Of a DNA stretch of 64,000 bases, positions 63,018 to 64,000 are shown piece by piece. Positions within the stretch are counted from its first letter, which is position 1. Every line of letters starts with the position of its first letter. Both the position numbers and the translations under genes were made by a program. Source of the stretch: Nostoc sp. (GTDB lineage Bacteria > Cyanobacteriota > Cyanobacteriia > Cyanobacteriales > Nostocaceae); the NCBI GenBank assembly GCA_036918135.1, contig JBALDB010000046.1, positions 96,001 to 160,000 of the forward strand, read 5' to 3'. A model generated the notes under the pieces. The model was not told the DNA's origin. It was given only the letters and a program-made list of their open reading frames with translations, and made no database searches.

Positions 63018-64000
63018 ATGTCAAAAACTCAAACCGGGTCTTCTTTTTTATCTAATATCAGTGAGCGAGAACGCCAAGCATTAAAGAAGTTGGTAGATTA
63101 CACAAATGTGGAATCGCTACCAGAGATTTGGCCTTTAGCAGCTGAGAAATTTGGTGATGTTGTTGCCTTGCACAACCCCCATGCTAAACCAGAAATAGTG
63201 ATTACTTATACCGAATTAGCAGAGAAAATACAACTATTTGCTGCTGGGTTGCAAGCATTGGGAGTAAAAGTAGGCGATCGCATTTCCTTAATTGCTGACA
63301 ATAGTCCCCGGTGGTTTATTGCCGATCAAGGTATCATGACTGTTGGAGGAGTTGATGCGGTGCGTAGCTCCCAAGCTGAAAAAGAAGAACTGCTGTTTAT
63401 CATTGCCAACAGTGGTAGTACAGCAGTGGTAATTGAGGATTTAAAGACACTTAAAAAACTGCAAGACCGCCTCAACGATCTACCAATTCAATTTGTCATC
63501 TTACTTTCAGATGAAGCACCACCCACACAAACAACTTTAAAACTGCTAAATTTTTCCCGGTTGCTGGAAATAGGAGGGGCAAATCATGATTTTGTGCCAG
63601 TCAAGCAAAATCGTGACGCCTTAGCAACTCTTATTTATACCTCTGGCACCACCGGCAAACCCAAGGGTGTGATGCTCTCTTATAGCAATTTGATGCACCA
63701 AGTGACAACATTTGGCACAGTATTGCAACCAAATCCAGGCGATATCGTTCTCAGCATCTTGCCTTCGTGGCACAGCTACGAACGAACTGTTGAATATTAC
63801 CTCCTATCTCAAGGTTGCACGCAAGTTTATACTAGCTTGCGTTCTGTAAAAGCAGATTTGAGACAATTTAAACCCAACTACATGGTGGGTGTACCCCGTT
63901 TGTGGGAATCAATTTATGAAGGAGTACAAAAGCAGTTCCGCGAACAACCAGCCAAAAAGCAACGCCTAATTAAATTTTTATTAGGCATGAGCGAGAAATA
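63018..64000 (+). CDS. Long-chain acyl-CoA/acyl-ACP synthetase (Aas-like), 3'-truncated by the window edge
   Basis: ATG 63018 (MSKTQTGSSF...), open to the end; AMP-binding motif IYTSGTTGKPKGVML, LPSWHSYER, VPRLWE; absent from the ORF track because no stop lies in the window. Confidence 0.92.
   Translation, partial: MSKTQTGSSFLSNISERERQALKKLVDYTNVESLPEIWPLAAEKFGDVVALHNPHAKPEIVITYTELAEKIQLFAAGLQALGVKVGDRISLIADNSPRWFIADQGIMTVGGVDAVRSSQAEKEELLFIIANSGSTAVVIEDLKTLKKLQDRLNDLPIQFVILLSDEAPPTQTTLKLLNFSRLLEIGGANHDFVPVKQNRDALATLIYTSGTTGKPKGVMLSYSNLMHQVTTFGTVLQPNPGDIVLSILPSWHSYERTVEYYLLSQGCTQVYTSLRSVKADLRQFKPNYMVGVPRLWESIYEGVQKQFREQPAKKQRLIKFLLGMSEK

Larger units (their letters stand above)
1..64000. repeat. 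HIP1 octamer GCGATCGC dispersed through the window
   Basis: Many GCGATCGC copies in coding and intergenic DNA (e.g. 483-490, 8284-8291, 17744-17751); a cyanobacterial hallmark. Confidence 0.9.

Overview
AT-rich chromosomal window from a filamentous, probably heterocyst-forming (Nostocales-like) cyanobacterium. This is inferred from abundant HIP1 GCGATCGC octamers, heptamer tandem repeats (STRRs) and the gene content. Core genes are uvrC, a dapL-type aminotransferase, thioredoxin, ribD, the sixA-gltA-ndhA-ndhI-ndhG-ndhE-nadK run, a DHH phosphoesterase, an HNH nuclease, alr, tRNA-Leu(UAG), recQ and a partial acyl-ACP/CoA synthetase. Signalling genes are two Ser/Thr kinases flanking an FHA-FHA-ABC transporter and a PatA-CheY-CheW-MCP-CheA cluster whose single GAF lacks the bilin-binding cysteines. 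Accessory or decaying DNA includes an internally deleted IS630 element and related MITEs, modular small dispersed repeats, a RusA plus HEPN-motif pair, DUF29 and HAD pseudogenes, and an AAA_35 gene pair. The most notable observation is at 44742-47984. A 146-aa protein ending in an N/Q-rich amyloid-like motif is separated from an in-frame NACHT-HEAT (NLR-like) ORF by one TGA in a TGA-CTA context. An 8-nt spacer and a potential H-type pseudoknot follow the stop. This is a candidate programmed stop-codon readthrough in a bacterial NLR/amyloid system, and it is a hypothesis because a simple nonsense mutation is not excluded. All family assignments come from motifs recognised by eye; no database searches were run.
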